From Candidatus Zixiibacteriota bacterium (GTDB taxonomy: Bacteria; Zixibacteria; MSB-5A5; GN15; FEB-12), in the NCBI GenBank assembly GCA_024280215.1, contig JAJRQO010000022.1, positions 6,910 through 70,909 of the forward strand: DNA of 64,000 bases. Reading direction: 5' to 3'. Below are positions 48,300 to 57,305 of this stretch, piece after piece. The translations under genes and the position numbers were made by a program. Under the pieces are notes generated by a model. It worked only from the letters and a program-made list of their open reading frames with translations. It ran no database searches and had not been told where the DNA came from. The stretch's first letter is position 1, and every line of letters starts with the position of its first letter.

Positions 48300-48686
48300 A
48301 TGGATAGAAAATTATACACTTCTGGTTCTCCCTATGAAAAAACATTTGGATTCTCTCGTGCTGTAAAAGTTGGCAATCTTTTAGTGGTGTCAGGGACAGG
48401 ACCAATTGCTCCAGATGGAACAACCGCATCTGTTGGTGATGCTTATGGGCAGGCGATGCGTTGTCTTGAAATTATCAAGAATGCTATTGAAGAAGCAGGT
48501 GGGGAACTTGACAATGTCATCCGTACCCGTATGTATATAACAGATACGTCAGTACAAGATGCTGTTGGTAAAGCCCATGGTGCATATTTTTCCGAAATCA
48601 AACCAGCCGCTACAATGGTTGTGGTCAAAGGGTTAGTACGTGATGATTGGTTTGTCGAAATCGAAGCCGACTGTCTGTTAGAGTAA
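48300..48686 (+). CDS. RidA/YjgF/RutC-family protein
   Basis: YjgF-type pattern (GNLLVVSGTGPIAPDG ... RTRMYITD ... PAATMVVVKGL ... VEIEA). The ATG at 48300 is preferred over the TTG at 48285. Confidence 0.85.
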   Translation: MDRKLYTSGSPYEKTFGFSRAVKVGNLLVVSGTGPIAPDGTTASVGDAYGQAMRCLEIIKNAIEEAGGELDNVIRTRMYITDTSVQDAVGKAHGAYFSEIKPAATMVVVKGLVRDDWFVEIEADCLLE

Positions 48687-48689
48687 AAT

Positions 48690-49118
48690 CTACTTGCTTT
48701 GTATTGGTTGAATCAAACCAAACTTTTCAAGCCTTGCCCGAATTGAACCTATCGAACGCTCCAACACATCAGCAATCTCTTTTACCTCTTTACCACTTTT
48801 ATACATACTGACCAAATTATTATCCTCAGCTTGGTTCCATTTAGCAAAGGCTCTTGGATTAGTCTTTTGCAATTCTTCAATAGATTTAAAAATATTATTT
48901 TTGAAAATAAATTCCATCTTTAATGCAGGAATTATATTTCCATGCATTTTGACCATACTCCCAATTATCTCCTCGGCGACTTTTGCCGACAACATAATAT
49001 CTGCATGAGTCATCTGGGGGTATTTTAGGGTAATCTGTTCATAGGTATACCCATTCCCGATAAGTTTTAGAATATCAGTAATCTTAACATTTGTATCTCT
49101 AATTTGTACATCAGCCAT
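48690..49118 (-). CDS. DUF433-like N-terminal + Myb/HTH-like C-terminal small protein (paralogue B)
   Basis: 142 aa. N-terminus ITDILKLIGNGYTYEQITLKYPQMTHADI (DUF433-like). C-terminus WNQAEDNNLVSMYKSGKEVKEIADVLERSIGSIRARLEKFGL. Confidence 0.5.
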   Translation of the reverse strand: MADVQIRDTNVKITDILKLIGNGYTYEQITLKYPQMTHADIMLSAKVAEEIIGSMVKMHGNIIPALKMEFIFKNNIFKSIEELQKTNPRAFAKWNQAEDNNLVSMYKSGKEVKEIADVLERSIGSIRARLEKFGLIQPIQSK

Positions 49119-49509
49119 TATCTGTTCCTTTATTTATAAGGTTTAAGTATTCGAGTTTTTCTTGTACTCTTATAATATCCTTTCGCATCAACTGAGCAAT
49201 ATTTTCAACTGTTGCTCCAGAAAGATGTAAATTTACTAACTCATGTATTTCATTTGCTGACCATTCAAATCTGACCGAATTTTTTTGGATAGGTTTGATC
49301 CTTTGTATAGTCTCAAGATAACTGTCCAAAATAAGATGATTATGCAGATATAACGAAGCCCGCATCAATAGTTCTCTAATTTCTGACACAGTTATAAAAA
49401 TGTCATCTTTGGCAATATCATCTATTGATTTGCCATGTTTTAGCGCATCAAGTATCTCAAATAAATCAATTTCTGTACTACCAACTTTAATCCAACTTGG
49501 TCGTGTCAT
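49111..49509 (-). CDS. DUF433-like N-terminal + Myb/HTH-like C-terminal small protein (paralogue A)
   Basis: 132 aa with the same two-module layout (IDLFEILDALKHGKSIDDIAKD...; WSANEIHELVNLHLSGATVENIAQLMRKDIIRVQEKLEYLNL). Overlaps paralogue B by 8 nt. Confidence 0.5.
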   Translation of the reverse strand: MTRPSWIKVGSTEIDLFEILDALKHGKSIDDIAKDDIFITVSEIRELLMRASLYLHNHLILDSYLETIQRIKPIQKNSVRFEWSANEIHELVNLHLSGATVENIAQLMRKDIIRVQEKLEYLNLINKGTDNG

Positions 49510-49718
49510 CTTATCTTCCCTTAATAAAAAATAGCCCCCATTTTACTTCATGGGTTCCCCGCCTTCGTTACTAATATCGTACATATGACTGTCAGGGTCT
49601 GTCAGTCTAATTTCAGTTTTTTTCTTTTTTTATTCAAAGACAGGACTTGTCTTTTATCATCTAATCCTATATTTTGTATTAGAAAAGATTATTCTAATAA
49701 CGAAAAACGAGGTTTTGC

Positions 49719-50567
49719 ATGCAATTTGGAGCACATGAATCTATAGCTGGTGGTGTTTTTAATGCCATCGAACGGGGTAAAAAAGCAACTTGTGACACTA
49801 TTCAGATGTTTAACAAGTCAAATTCACAGTGGCGGGCGAAAACTATCACCGAAAAAGAGTTGGAAAAATACTTTTCCGCAATTGATGAATTCGGCGTAAC
49901 CGTCGCAACTTCACACTCAAGCTACCTTATAAATCTTGCCTCTCCAAAAGAAGAGCTGAACGAAAAATCTTTTCATGCCATCAAAGAAGAGATGGAGCGT
50001 TGTGAAATGCTCAAAATTCCAAATCTCGTTTTCCACCCTGGTTCACATGTTGGTGAGGGCGAAGAAGTCGGCATGGATTCAATTGCCAAAAATGTCGTCC
50101 GTCTTTTTGAAGAGCTTCCCGAGTCCGACAATGTGACACTGCTATTTGAAACGACAGCAGGACAAGGCACCAACCTTGGCTATACCTTTGAACAGCTTGG
50201 ATATCTGATTGAAAAATCTGGTTCGCATGACCGTTTGGGTATTTGTTTGGATACCTGTCATATTTTCTCTGCGGGCTATCCTATTTCGGAACCGAAAGAA
50301 TATAAAAAAACGATGAAACAATTTGAAGAGTGTATCGGAATCGACCGTCTTAAAATTATTCATATGAATGATTCAAAAAAAGAGTTTGGTCTCAAAAAAG
50401 ATCGGCACGAAGCAATTGGTAAAGGTTTTATCGGGCTTGAAGCATTCCGAAATATTGTCAATGACAAAAAACTCAAAAACGTCCCGATGATTTTAGAAAC
50501 TCCGAAAGGGGATGAACTGCTTGAGGATATTGAAAACTTGAAACTCTTGCGTTCACTGGTGAAGTAA
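49719..50567 (+). CDS. nfo: Deoxyribonuclease IV (endonuclease IV)
   Basis: 282 aa. Nfo motifs GAHESIAGG, FHPGSH, LLFETTAGQGTNLG, CLDTCH, HMNDSK and ILETP. Confidence 0.9.
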   Translation: MQFGAHESIAGGVFNAIERGKKATCDTIQMFNKSNSQWRAKTITEKELEKYFSAIDEFGVTVATSHSSYLINLASPKEELNEKSFHAIKEEMERCEMLKIPNLVFHPGSHVGEGEEVGMDSIAKNVVRLFEELPESDNVTLLFETTAGQGTNLGYTFEQLGYLIEKSGSHDRLGICLDTCHIFSAGYPISEPKEYKKTMKQFEECIGIDRLKIIHMNDSKKEFGLKKDRHEAIGKGFIGLEAFRNIVNDKKLKNVPMILETPKGDELLEDIENLKLLRSLVK

Positions 50568-50620
50568 GTGGAATATTCTTTATTGAAATAGATAAGAAAC
50601 ACAAATATGAATGGTAAAAT

Positions 50621-50974
50621 ATGAGTAAACTGAATAAAATAAACTATATTGAATTTCCTTCAATAGATTTAGCCAAAACAAAAATTTTTTTCTCAATTGT
50701 ATTTGGATGGGAGTATCAAGATTATGGTCCTGAATATGTCGCTATTTTAAATAATGGTATTGATGCGGGATTTTATAAATCTGATTTGAACTGTAGCACT
50801 TCCAATGGATCAGTACTTGTCGTGATATTTAGTGAAAAGCTTGAAGAAACTGAATTGAAAATTAAAAACGCTGGTGGGCAAATTATTAAAGAGATTTTTG
50901 AATTCCCTGGTGGAAGACGTTTTCATTTTTTAGATATTACTGGAAACGAATTTGCCGTTTGGTCCGATAAGTAA
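50621..50974 (+). CDS. VOC (glyoxalase/bleomycin-resistance) family protein
   Basis: 117 aa. A single beta-alpha-beta-beta-beta pair pattern. The C-terminal GRRFHFLDITGNEFAVWS is typical of VOC proteins. Confidence 0.7.
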   Translation: MSKLNKINYIEFPSIDLAKTKIFFSIVFGWEYQDYGPEYVAILNNGIDAGFYKSDLNCSTSNGSVLVVIFSEKLEETELKIKNAGGQIIKEIFEFPGGRRFHFLDITGNEFAVWSDK

Positions 50975-51043
50975 AAAACGATATTACCTCTGTCTACCCA
51001 GACAGATAGATTGAAACATGTACAAATGGAAGTGAATTACTAG

Positions 51044-51505
51044 ATGAAACATGAACAAGCTGATAGAAAAATTGAACTATCTGCAACTATCAACACATCT
51101 CTTGACAAACTCTGGTACGCATGGACAACCGACGATGGCATCCAAGCATGGCTTGTGGAAAATTCAAAAATTGAACTATCTGTTGGTGGAAATTTTGAAA
51201 TATATTTTTCGATGGATGTTCCCCAAGGGTCACGAGGATCTGAAGAGTGCAAAATTTTAAGTTACGCACCGATGTCGATGCTTTCGTTTTCATGGAACGC
51301 TCCGCCGACTATTCCAACCCTTCGGGCTGATGGCCCATGTACATGGGTTGTTTTGCAATTTGAAAAAACCGATGATGCACATTCAAAAATTTCTCTCACC
51401 CACTACGGTATCAAATCAGGTTCAACAGAATGGGATGAGTACCTTGCTTATTTTGAATCAGCATGGCCACATGTGCTGACTGCTCTCAAAAAACATTTCG
51501 CATAA
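51044..51505 (+). CDS. SRPBCC / AHSA1-like domain protein
   Basis: 153 aa. IELSATINTSLDKLWYAWTTDDGIQAW... is typical of the Aha1_N/SRPBCC START-like fold. Confidence 0.7.
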   Translation: MKHEQADRKIELSATINTSLDKLWYAWTTDDGIQAWLVENSKIELSVGGNFEIYFSMDVPQGSRGSEECKILSYAPMSMLSFSWNAPPTIPTLRADGPCTWVVLQFEKTDDAHSKISLTHYGIKSGSTEWDEYLAYFESAWPHVLTALKKHFA

Positions 51506-51618
51506 TCTGCTATTGTTGATTCTCTTGTTGACCGAGTCGATTTAATCGTCTATTTTAGCTCTATACAATATAATTGGCAGGGAATAAAAATGATAGGTTT
51601 TATAAATAAGTAAACAGC

Positions 51619-54600
51619 ATGGAGGGTGTTATGAGTCAAAAGTTAAAGATTGTAAGTTTGGTATTAGTCTTGGTTGTATTCTGTTTGTCAGCGATTGTTT
51701 CATCAGCTTCAAAAGAACAGGCAGTAAAAAAGAAAATTACCCATTATAAACAAAAGGTCGAAAAATTTGCTGGTGGCGAAGATGAACAACAAATTGGAAC
51801 AGCATCACATTCGACAAAACCAATCTCACAAATAAGCAGAAGTGCATCGTCAGTATCGCCTGGTATTGCTGTTGGTAATACGTGGTATGATTATCAGCAT
51901 AACGGTTCAATAGGACGTATGATTGACTGGGGTAACGATCCGAATTCAAGTGGTCGAGCAATTGTCCATTTTGGATGGATGAAGCTCCCCGGAGCTGCCT
52001 TTGTAGAACGCAACTATGCCTACAACCATTATAATGCCGATTTAGGAGTGTTGGGGATTTCTTCTGATGTACAACCAACAGATGAATATGCTGGTTTTGT
52101 GAATATTGCATCAGCTTATGATGCAAGTGCCTTGATTGGGGGACATAATGACCAAGGTTCTGGAAATCAGACTCATCTTTATTCAGATTTTTCTGCGGGG
52201 TTTGCTTTCTGGAGTGGTACTCGTGTACCTGATTCTGTCGCTGCCTATGGTGCAGTAGCTCATGCAGTCATTTGGCCAAAATTTGCATATCAAGAAGGAA
52301 CAGATACGGTAACTCACGTTATAGCACAAGTATCATCAGCAGGTGCTGGAGACCCTCAAGCAATTTACTATTTTCGTAAAGTTGGCGTGAATCATACGGG
52401 GCTCTGGGATTATCCACCATATATAGTCGACACAATTTTTGACCTTTCTCATGATATCACCGCCTCGAGAACATCTGATAAAGTTGCTATGGTCTGGACT
52501 GCAAATTTGGCATACGAGCCAGGTACAACTGACGGCACTATGAACGCATCGTGTGATACCTGTTCCGATACATCACCATTTTCGCTACAATGGGACAATG
52601 ATATCTATTACCAAATGTCTGATGACCAAGGTCTTACATGGAACCCACGAGTCAATGTCACCAAATCACAATATGGTGAAGCAGGCTTTCGTGCCTATAC
52701 CGATTTATCTTGTCTGATTGATTCCAATGAAGATTTACATATTATTTGGTCAGCGATTCCGTGGGATGCTGATGTTGCTAATACATTTTTAGATTCACAA
52801 TGTCGCTTGTTTCATTATTCCGAAAATGTTCCTTTTATTAGAACTGTGGCAAATGCTGAGTGGGCAACATCTCAACCAAATGGCGACGCTACTTTTGAGT
52901 GCGGTCCGGGTGCTTGGAATATATTTATTTCCAAAATGCAAATTTCTGAATGTGATGGAAAAATGTATGCGATGTGGGTACAGTTTCAAGATTTGCCAAA
53001 TGGTGTCACCGACGATTGCGCCGCACGTGCATCAACAGAATACTCAGGTTCTGCCAATGGTGAACTCTATATCTCGGTTTCATCCGATGGTGGAGCGACA
53101 TGGGATATCGCGCGAAATCTGACAAATTCACGTACCCCAGGATGCGACCCAAATGGTGGTTTTGGCGATTGTGAATCTGACAACTGGGCATCGATGGCGG
53201 AATATGGGAGACAAAATATCGCAGGCGAAGATTGGGGAACTGCTGTGGTAGTCGATCCATCGGGCTCCTATGCGGGTAACTATTACCTTGATATACAATA
53301 TGTACATGATAGAGATGCGGGGGGGATAGTTAAAGGTGAAGGGACATGGCAACTCTCAAATATCAATTGGTTCCGTATGGCTTGCGTAGAACCTGAGCCT
53401 GCACCACAAATTGCTTTTTCACCACAAAATATTGATGCACCAACTTGGACAAAGCCATCTATCGAGTTATCTCTTGATTTGAATATTGAAAATAATGGGA
53501 ACGTCGCATTAACATATTCGATAACTATTGAAGAAGATAATGGAACAGCAGGATGGTTAGCGGTTTCGGGGCTGTCTGGTGCAGTTCCATCAGGACTTTC
53601 AAATCTTGAGGTCGGAACTCTCCATCTCAATAATGGGGGAGTGCAAGCTACTGAAGCAGGGATTACTGGGCGCCTTATTATTAATTCAAACGCTCCTTCT
53701 TCTCCTGACACACTTGAAGTGATTCTATTAGTCCTTGCTGATCATATTTCTCCTTCTCCTCCTGACACAGTGCAAGGTTATTTGTCTCTTGCGGTTAACA
53801 ATACAGGAAACTATGGTAACAGCGGTGACAATAGAATCAATTTAGATTTTGTTACTAATGGTGCCGAATGTGATTCAACCGCATCTGTATACCTCTATGA
53901 TGCCTCTCCTGTTATTTTACAAATTAATGGTTCAGATACATCACTCGCTGGTTCTATATTTGATGATAACTGGTTGTCACCAAACGGTTTTAGACCACAA
54001 GGGAGTCCATCAAATGGTTCCGAAGCGACTTACAATTGGTATACGACGGGAGTATTCTCTACACCAGATTCAACGATTGGGTTTGAGCAAACATTTTATG
54101 CCCCGACCGCATTAGGTGCGAACTATATACTCAAAAAATTAAAAGTCTTTTCATTCGATGGTGCCGCACATGCTGGTCTCAGAATCGGTGATGCTATCGA
54201 CTGGGATATACCATCTGATACGGGTGCATGGAACAAAGCAGCATTTGATGTAACACGTAATTTGATTTATCAAATCGGTGCTGAATTCGATCAACATGAT
54301 ACTCTTGATAACGGTTCTATCAATCCTCAAGGCGATGACTGCGTTGATGCCAACAGACGTTTTGGGGGAATGGCGTTTTTGAAATCTATTCTTAATGGTG
54401 TTGATGGCGATGAATTCCCTCATTCGGCATACACCGCTCGTAATGATTCCTTTGTTTTGCCAAATAGTAACTTTGTTGCGGGAGAACTTTGGGATAACAT
54501 GGGAGCATCTGGTTACAACGTTGAAACTGATGTAGAAGATCAACACATGGTTATGTGTTACGATGACAATTTATCGCTTGGAGCAACAGACACCGTAGAA

Positions 54601-54933
54601 TACTGGATCGCGTTAGTTACGGTACAAGATGGAACTTCAGCCGACATCCAAGCAGCAGCAGATTCTGCTGAAGCATTTTTATATTCAAGATTCTTCTCAT
54701 GTTGTGTTGGAAATCGTGGAAATATTGACGGTGGTCCAGATGATGGTACTGACAGTTCTATTGACATTAGTGATTTGGTTTATATGGTTGCCTATATGTT
54801 TCAAGATGGTCCTGCCCCTCCGTGTTTAGAGGAAGCCGACTGTAATGGTGACGGTGACATTGATATTGCTGATTTAGTCTGTATGGTATCATACATGTTC
54901 CAAAGTGGTTTCAATCCTGCCCCTTGTCCATAG
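51619..54933 (+). CDS. Large secreted BNR/sialidase-like beta-propeller protein with a C-terminal Cys-flanked dockerin-like double EF-hand module
   Basis: Signal peptide. Two canonical BNR motifs (SDDQGLTW, SSDGGATW). C-terminus CCVGNRGNIDGG..IDISDLVYMVAYMF and DCNGDGDIDIADLVCMVSYMF. The probable start is the ATG at 51631 (GGAGGG RBS). Confidence 0.7.
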   Translation: MEGVMSQKLKIVSLVLVLVVFCLSAIVSSASKEQAVKKKITHYKQKVEKFAGGEDEQQIGTASHSTKPISQISRSASSVSPGIAVGNTWYDYQHNGSIGRMIDWGNDPNSSGRAIVHFGWMKLPGAAFVERNYAYNHYNADLGVLGISSDVQPTDEYAGFVNIASAYDASALIGGHNDQGSGNQTHLYSDFSAGFAFWSGTRVPDSVAAYGAVAHAVIWPKFAYQEGTDTVTHVIAQVSSAGAGDPQAIYYFRKVGVNHTGLWDYPPYIVDTIFDLSHDITASRTSDKVAMVWTANLAYEPGTTDGTMNASCDTCSDTSPFSLQWDNDIYYQMSDDQGLTWNPRVNVTKSQYGEAGFRAYTDLSCLIDSNEDLHIIWSAIPWDADVANTFLDSQCRLFHYSENVPFIRTVANAEWATSQPNGDATFECGPGAWNIFISKMQISECDGKMYAMWVQFQDLPNGVTDDCAARASTEYSGSANGELYISVSSDGGATWDIARNLTNSRTPGCDPNGGFGDCESDNWASMAEYGRQNIAGEDWGTAVVVDPSGSYAGNYYLDIQYVHDRDAGGIVKGEGTWQLSNINWFRMACVEPEPAPQIAFSPQNIDAPTWTKPSIELSLDLNIENNGNVALTYSITIEEDNGTAGWLAVSGLSGAVPSGLSNLEVGTLHLNNGGVQATEAGITGRLIINSNAPSSPDTLEVILLVLADHISPSPPDTVQGYLSLAVNNTGNYGNSGDNRINLDFVTNGAECDSTASVYLYDASPVILQINGSDTSLAGSIFDDNWLSPNGFRPQGSPSNGSEATYNWYTTGVFSTPDSTIGFEQTFYAPTALGANYILKKLKVFSFDGAAHAGLRIGDAIDWDIPSDTGAWNKAAFDVTRNLIYQIGAEFDQHDTLDNGSINPQGDDCVDANRRFGGMAFLKSILNGVDGDEFPHSAYTARNDSFVLPNSNFVAGELWDNMGASGYNVETDVEDQHMVMCYDDNLSLGATDTVEYWIALVTVQDGTSADIQAAADSAEAFLYSRFFSCCVGNRGNIDGGPDDGTDSSIDISDLVYMVAYMFQDGPAPPCLEEADCNGDGDIDIADLVCMVSYMFQSGFNPAPCP

Positions 54934-54982
54934 AGATGAAAATTTATAATATGAATTAAAACTACTTATAAGACTTAACCTG

Positions 54983-56614
54983 TTATTTCAGATAACGGGT
55001 TGGGTCGGTTAGTTTGCCATTGACAGCCGAGGCTGCCGCAGTAGCAGGGGAACAAAGATAGATTTCTGAATCATCAGTACTGAGTGATCCAAAGAGATTA
55101 TAATTTGATGTGACCAAAGCACGTTCACCCTTGGCAAGAAGTTTACATCCGCAGTCTAAAGCATTGTGCGAACCTGGGAACAAAATTGTCGCTCCTGCTT
55201 CAACCAATACACGAATTAGCCCTTTTTTGAGTGCTTCCAAATAAACAGATCGCGAACCAGGGTAGACGATCAGTCTACAGTCAGGCGATAAACGTCGTCC
55301 TTTTAGAATCTCTGCTGCAGATCGTAAATCTTCAAAACGTCCGTTATTGGATGTCCCAATTACAATCATATCAACTCTGATATTTTCAAGTTCTGATAAG
55401 TTATTGATTTTATCCTCTTTGCAATTTGCTGCAAGAGGTTTTAAACTCTCTATTTGAAATTGATAGAGATTTTCATATTCAGCATTTTTATCAGCGATGA
55501 TTGGATTATAATGTTCCAAAGTTCTACCCGTCAGGTACCGACGAGTCACCGAATCAAATGGACATATCGCCGAAACAACACCTAATTTTTGTGAGAGATT
55601 ACAAAGGGTGAATCGTTCAGCAATCGACATCTGAGAGATTACATTGCCATAAAATTCAATAGTTTTTCCAGAAAGATTTTCATTGTGCAACTCTTTAAGC
55701 AAATGAAGTGCTATGTCTTTGCCATAAACCCCTCGAGAACGTCGCCCATTGATTTCAATTCGAACTGTCTTTGGTACTTTGATGCTAATTTTTCCCGTTG
55801 ACCAAATTTGAGGAATCAACTTTTCAGGAATTGTTTGAGCATACGATGAAATCGCCCCATGCGAAAGAGTATGTGAATCGGAACCGACTACAAATTGTCC
55901 TGGGAGAATTTTACCACTTTCAAGCATAACTTGATGCGAGCAACCATCGGAGGATTCGAAAAATCCTTTGATACCTTGACGTTTAACAAATTCACGTATT
56001 TGTTTGTCACTCTCTGGAGTTGAACCATTATTTTGAAAATGAGTTCGAGTCAATGAAATAGCTATTTTGTTTGGGTTCCAAACCAAATCGGTATTGGAAT
56101 CTAAAAATGATTGTAGGATTTGAGAACAGTTACCATTTGATAGGACTACATCGGGTTCAATTTCATATTGGTTATCTATTTCAATTGATTCCGTATCAAG
56201 TTGAGTCGCTATTACTTTTTGAATAATAGTTTGTTTATTATAAAGAGAAACTGCTCCAGAGTTGAGTTTTAAACCAGGAAAATTAAGCTCGAGCTGTTCG
56301 AGTTTGAGAAATGCAGGTTTTTCTTTAATATTATATTTACGACGCCAATTATAAAAAGCAGCTTTGGAAATTCCTAACTCCATTCCACACTTATCATCAT
56401 CGCCGTAGCGTTCCCATAAATTCAGTATCTCTTTTTCTGAAAATTTAGGTTGTGAATGTTTGGCGACATTTTTTTTGCGACGCCAGTAGGCAACCAAGTA
56501 TGCAGGAACCCCGCCCAAACGTTCACCAATTTTTTCATCAGTTTTGTATAAACGTTGCAGTTGTATAAGTTCAGACTTTGTAGGAATCTTCTTTTTAGCC
56601 ATGGTAATTATCAA
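54983..56614 (-). CDS. Aconitase/LeuC-fold protein lacking the Fe-S cysteine ligands, with a duplicated N-terminal HTH module
   Basis: Residues ~130-543 align to the 3-isopropylmalate dehydratase large subunit (VVGSDSHT..., VIGTSNNGRFEDLRSAAEI, SPATAAASAVNG). The positions GSCTN and PGCSMC read GTSNN and PGSHNA. Residues 1-100 contain two HTH-like repeats ending in W(R)RRK. The likely start is the ATG at 56602. Confidence 0.75.
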   Translation of the reverse strand: MIITMAKKKIPTKSELIQLQRLYKTDEKIGERLGGVPAYLVAYWRRKKNVAKHSQPKFSEKEILNLWERYGDDDKCGMELGISKAAFYNWRRKYNIKEKPAFLKLEQLELNFPGLKLNSGAVSLYNKQTIIQKVIATQLDTESIEIDNQYEIEPDVVLSNGNCSQILQSFLDSNTDLVWNPNKIAISLTRTHFQNNGSTPESDKQIREFVKRQGIKGFFESSDGCSHQVMLESGKILPGQFVVGSDSHTLSHGAISSYAQTIPEKLIPQIWSTGKISIKVPKTVRIEINGRRSRGVYGKDIALHLLKELHNENLSGKTIEFYGNVISQMSIAERFTLCNLSQKLGVVSAICPFDSVTRRYLTGRTLEHYNPIIADKNAEYENLYQFQIESLKPLAANCKEDKINNLSELENIRVDMIVIGTSNNGRFEDLRSAAEILKGRRLSPDCRLIVYPGSRSVYLEALKKGLIRVLVEAGATILFPGSHNALDCGCKLLAKGERALVTSNYNLFGSLSTDDSEIYLCSPATAAASAVNGKLTDPTRYLK

Positions 56615-57089
56615 ACTCTTTTTTTAACGCTTTGTAACATGGCTCGAGCGGAATCGAAATAACATCTGTTTTGCCAATAACAGGCATAAAATTAGTATCA
56701 CCAATCCAACGAGGCACAACATGCATATGTAAATGTCCTGGAACACCCGCACCAGATGAACGACCGAGGTTCATGCCAATATTAAGCGAGTCAGGTTTGA
56801 AAATCTTTTTGATAAATTTAACTGTCTGTTGAGTCAGAGCCATAAATTCAATCGATTCAGCAACAGTCAATTTTTCTAATTGACCAATATGACGTTTTGG
56901 AATTATGAGTGTATGCCCAGTATTGTATGGGAATTTATTGAGAATAATGATACACTTTTTACCTCGATAGACAATAAGATTTTTCACGCTATCTTTTGTT
57001 TTTAAGCGATTGCAAAAAACACAACCTTTCTCTTTTTTCGAGAGTATAAAGTTAGCCCTCCACGGAGCCCATAATTTATTTTCATCCAT
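56595..57089 (-). CDS. HIT-family nucleotide hydrolase/transferase
   Basis: 164 aa. Histidine triad GHLHMHVVPR, plus the N-terminal WAPWR...CVFC seen in the Ap4A-phosphorylase-like HIT subgroup. Confidence 0.85.
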   Translation of the reverse strand: MDENKLWAPWRANFILSKKEKGCVFCNRLKTKDSVKNLIVYRGKKCIIILNKFPYNTGHTLIIPKRHIGQLEKLTVAESIEFMALTQQTVKFIKKIFKPDSLNIGMNLGRSSGAGVPGHLHMHVVPRWIGDTNFMPVIGKTDVISIPLEPCYKALKKEFDNYHG

Positions 57090-57305
57090 GTGGACAACAT
57101 ACTATAAAAATTGATATTTATCAACCATATATATGGCAGTCTTTTACGACCGCTCGCAACTCATTGAGTGACAACAAAAAACGATTCTTCTGAAGATATT
57201 TTATTTCTCTTGCGAAGGCGATTATTTATCCACATCTTTAACTGTTTACTATAAAGCAGATTAGTTACTTTTATTTCATAAATAACGAATAAAGGAATTA
57301 TATAT

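Noticed and set aside
54977-55001. 10-bp hairpin (one G-U) overlapping the stop codon of the aconitase-like gene, between convergent genes
   Set aside because: There is no U-tract on either strand and half of it is coding sequence, so it is not convincing as an intrinsic terminator.
56315-56614. HTH repeats resembling IS3-type transposase N-termini (possible mobile element)
   Set aside because: No DDE/RNase-H catalytic domain, no inverted repeats and no target duplication are present. The HTH module is in frame with, and continuous with, the aconitase-fold domain.
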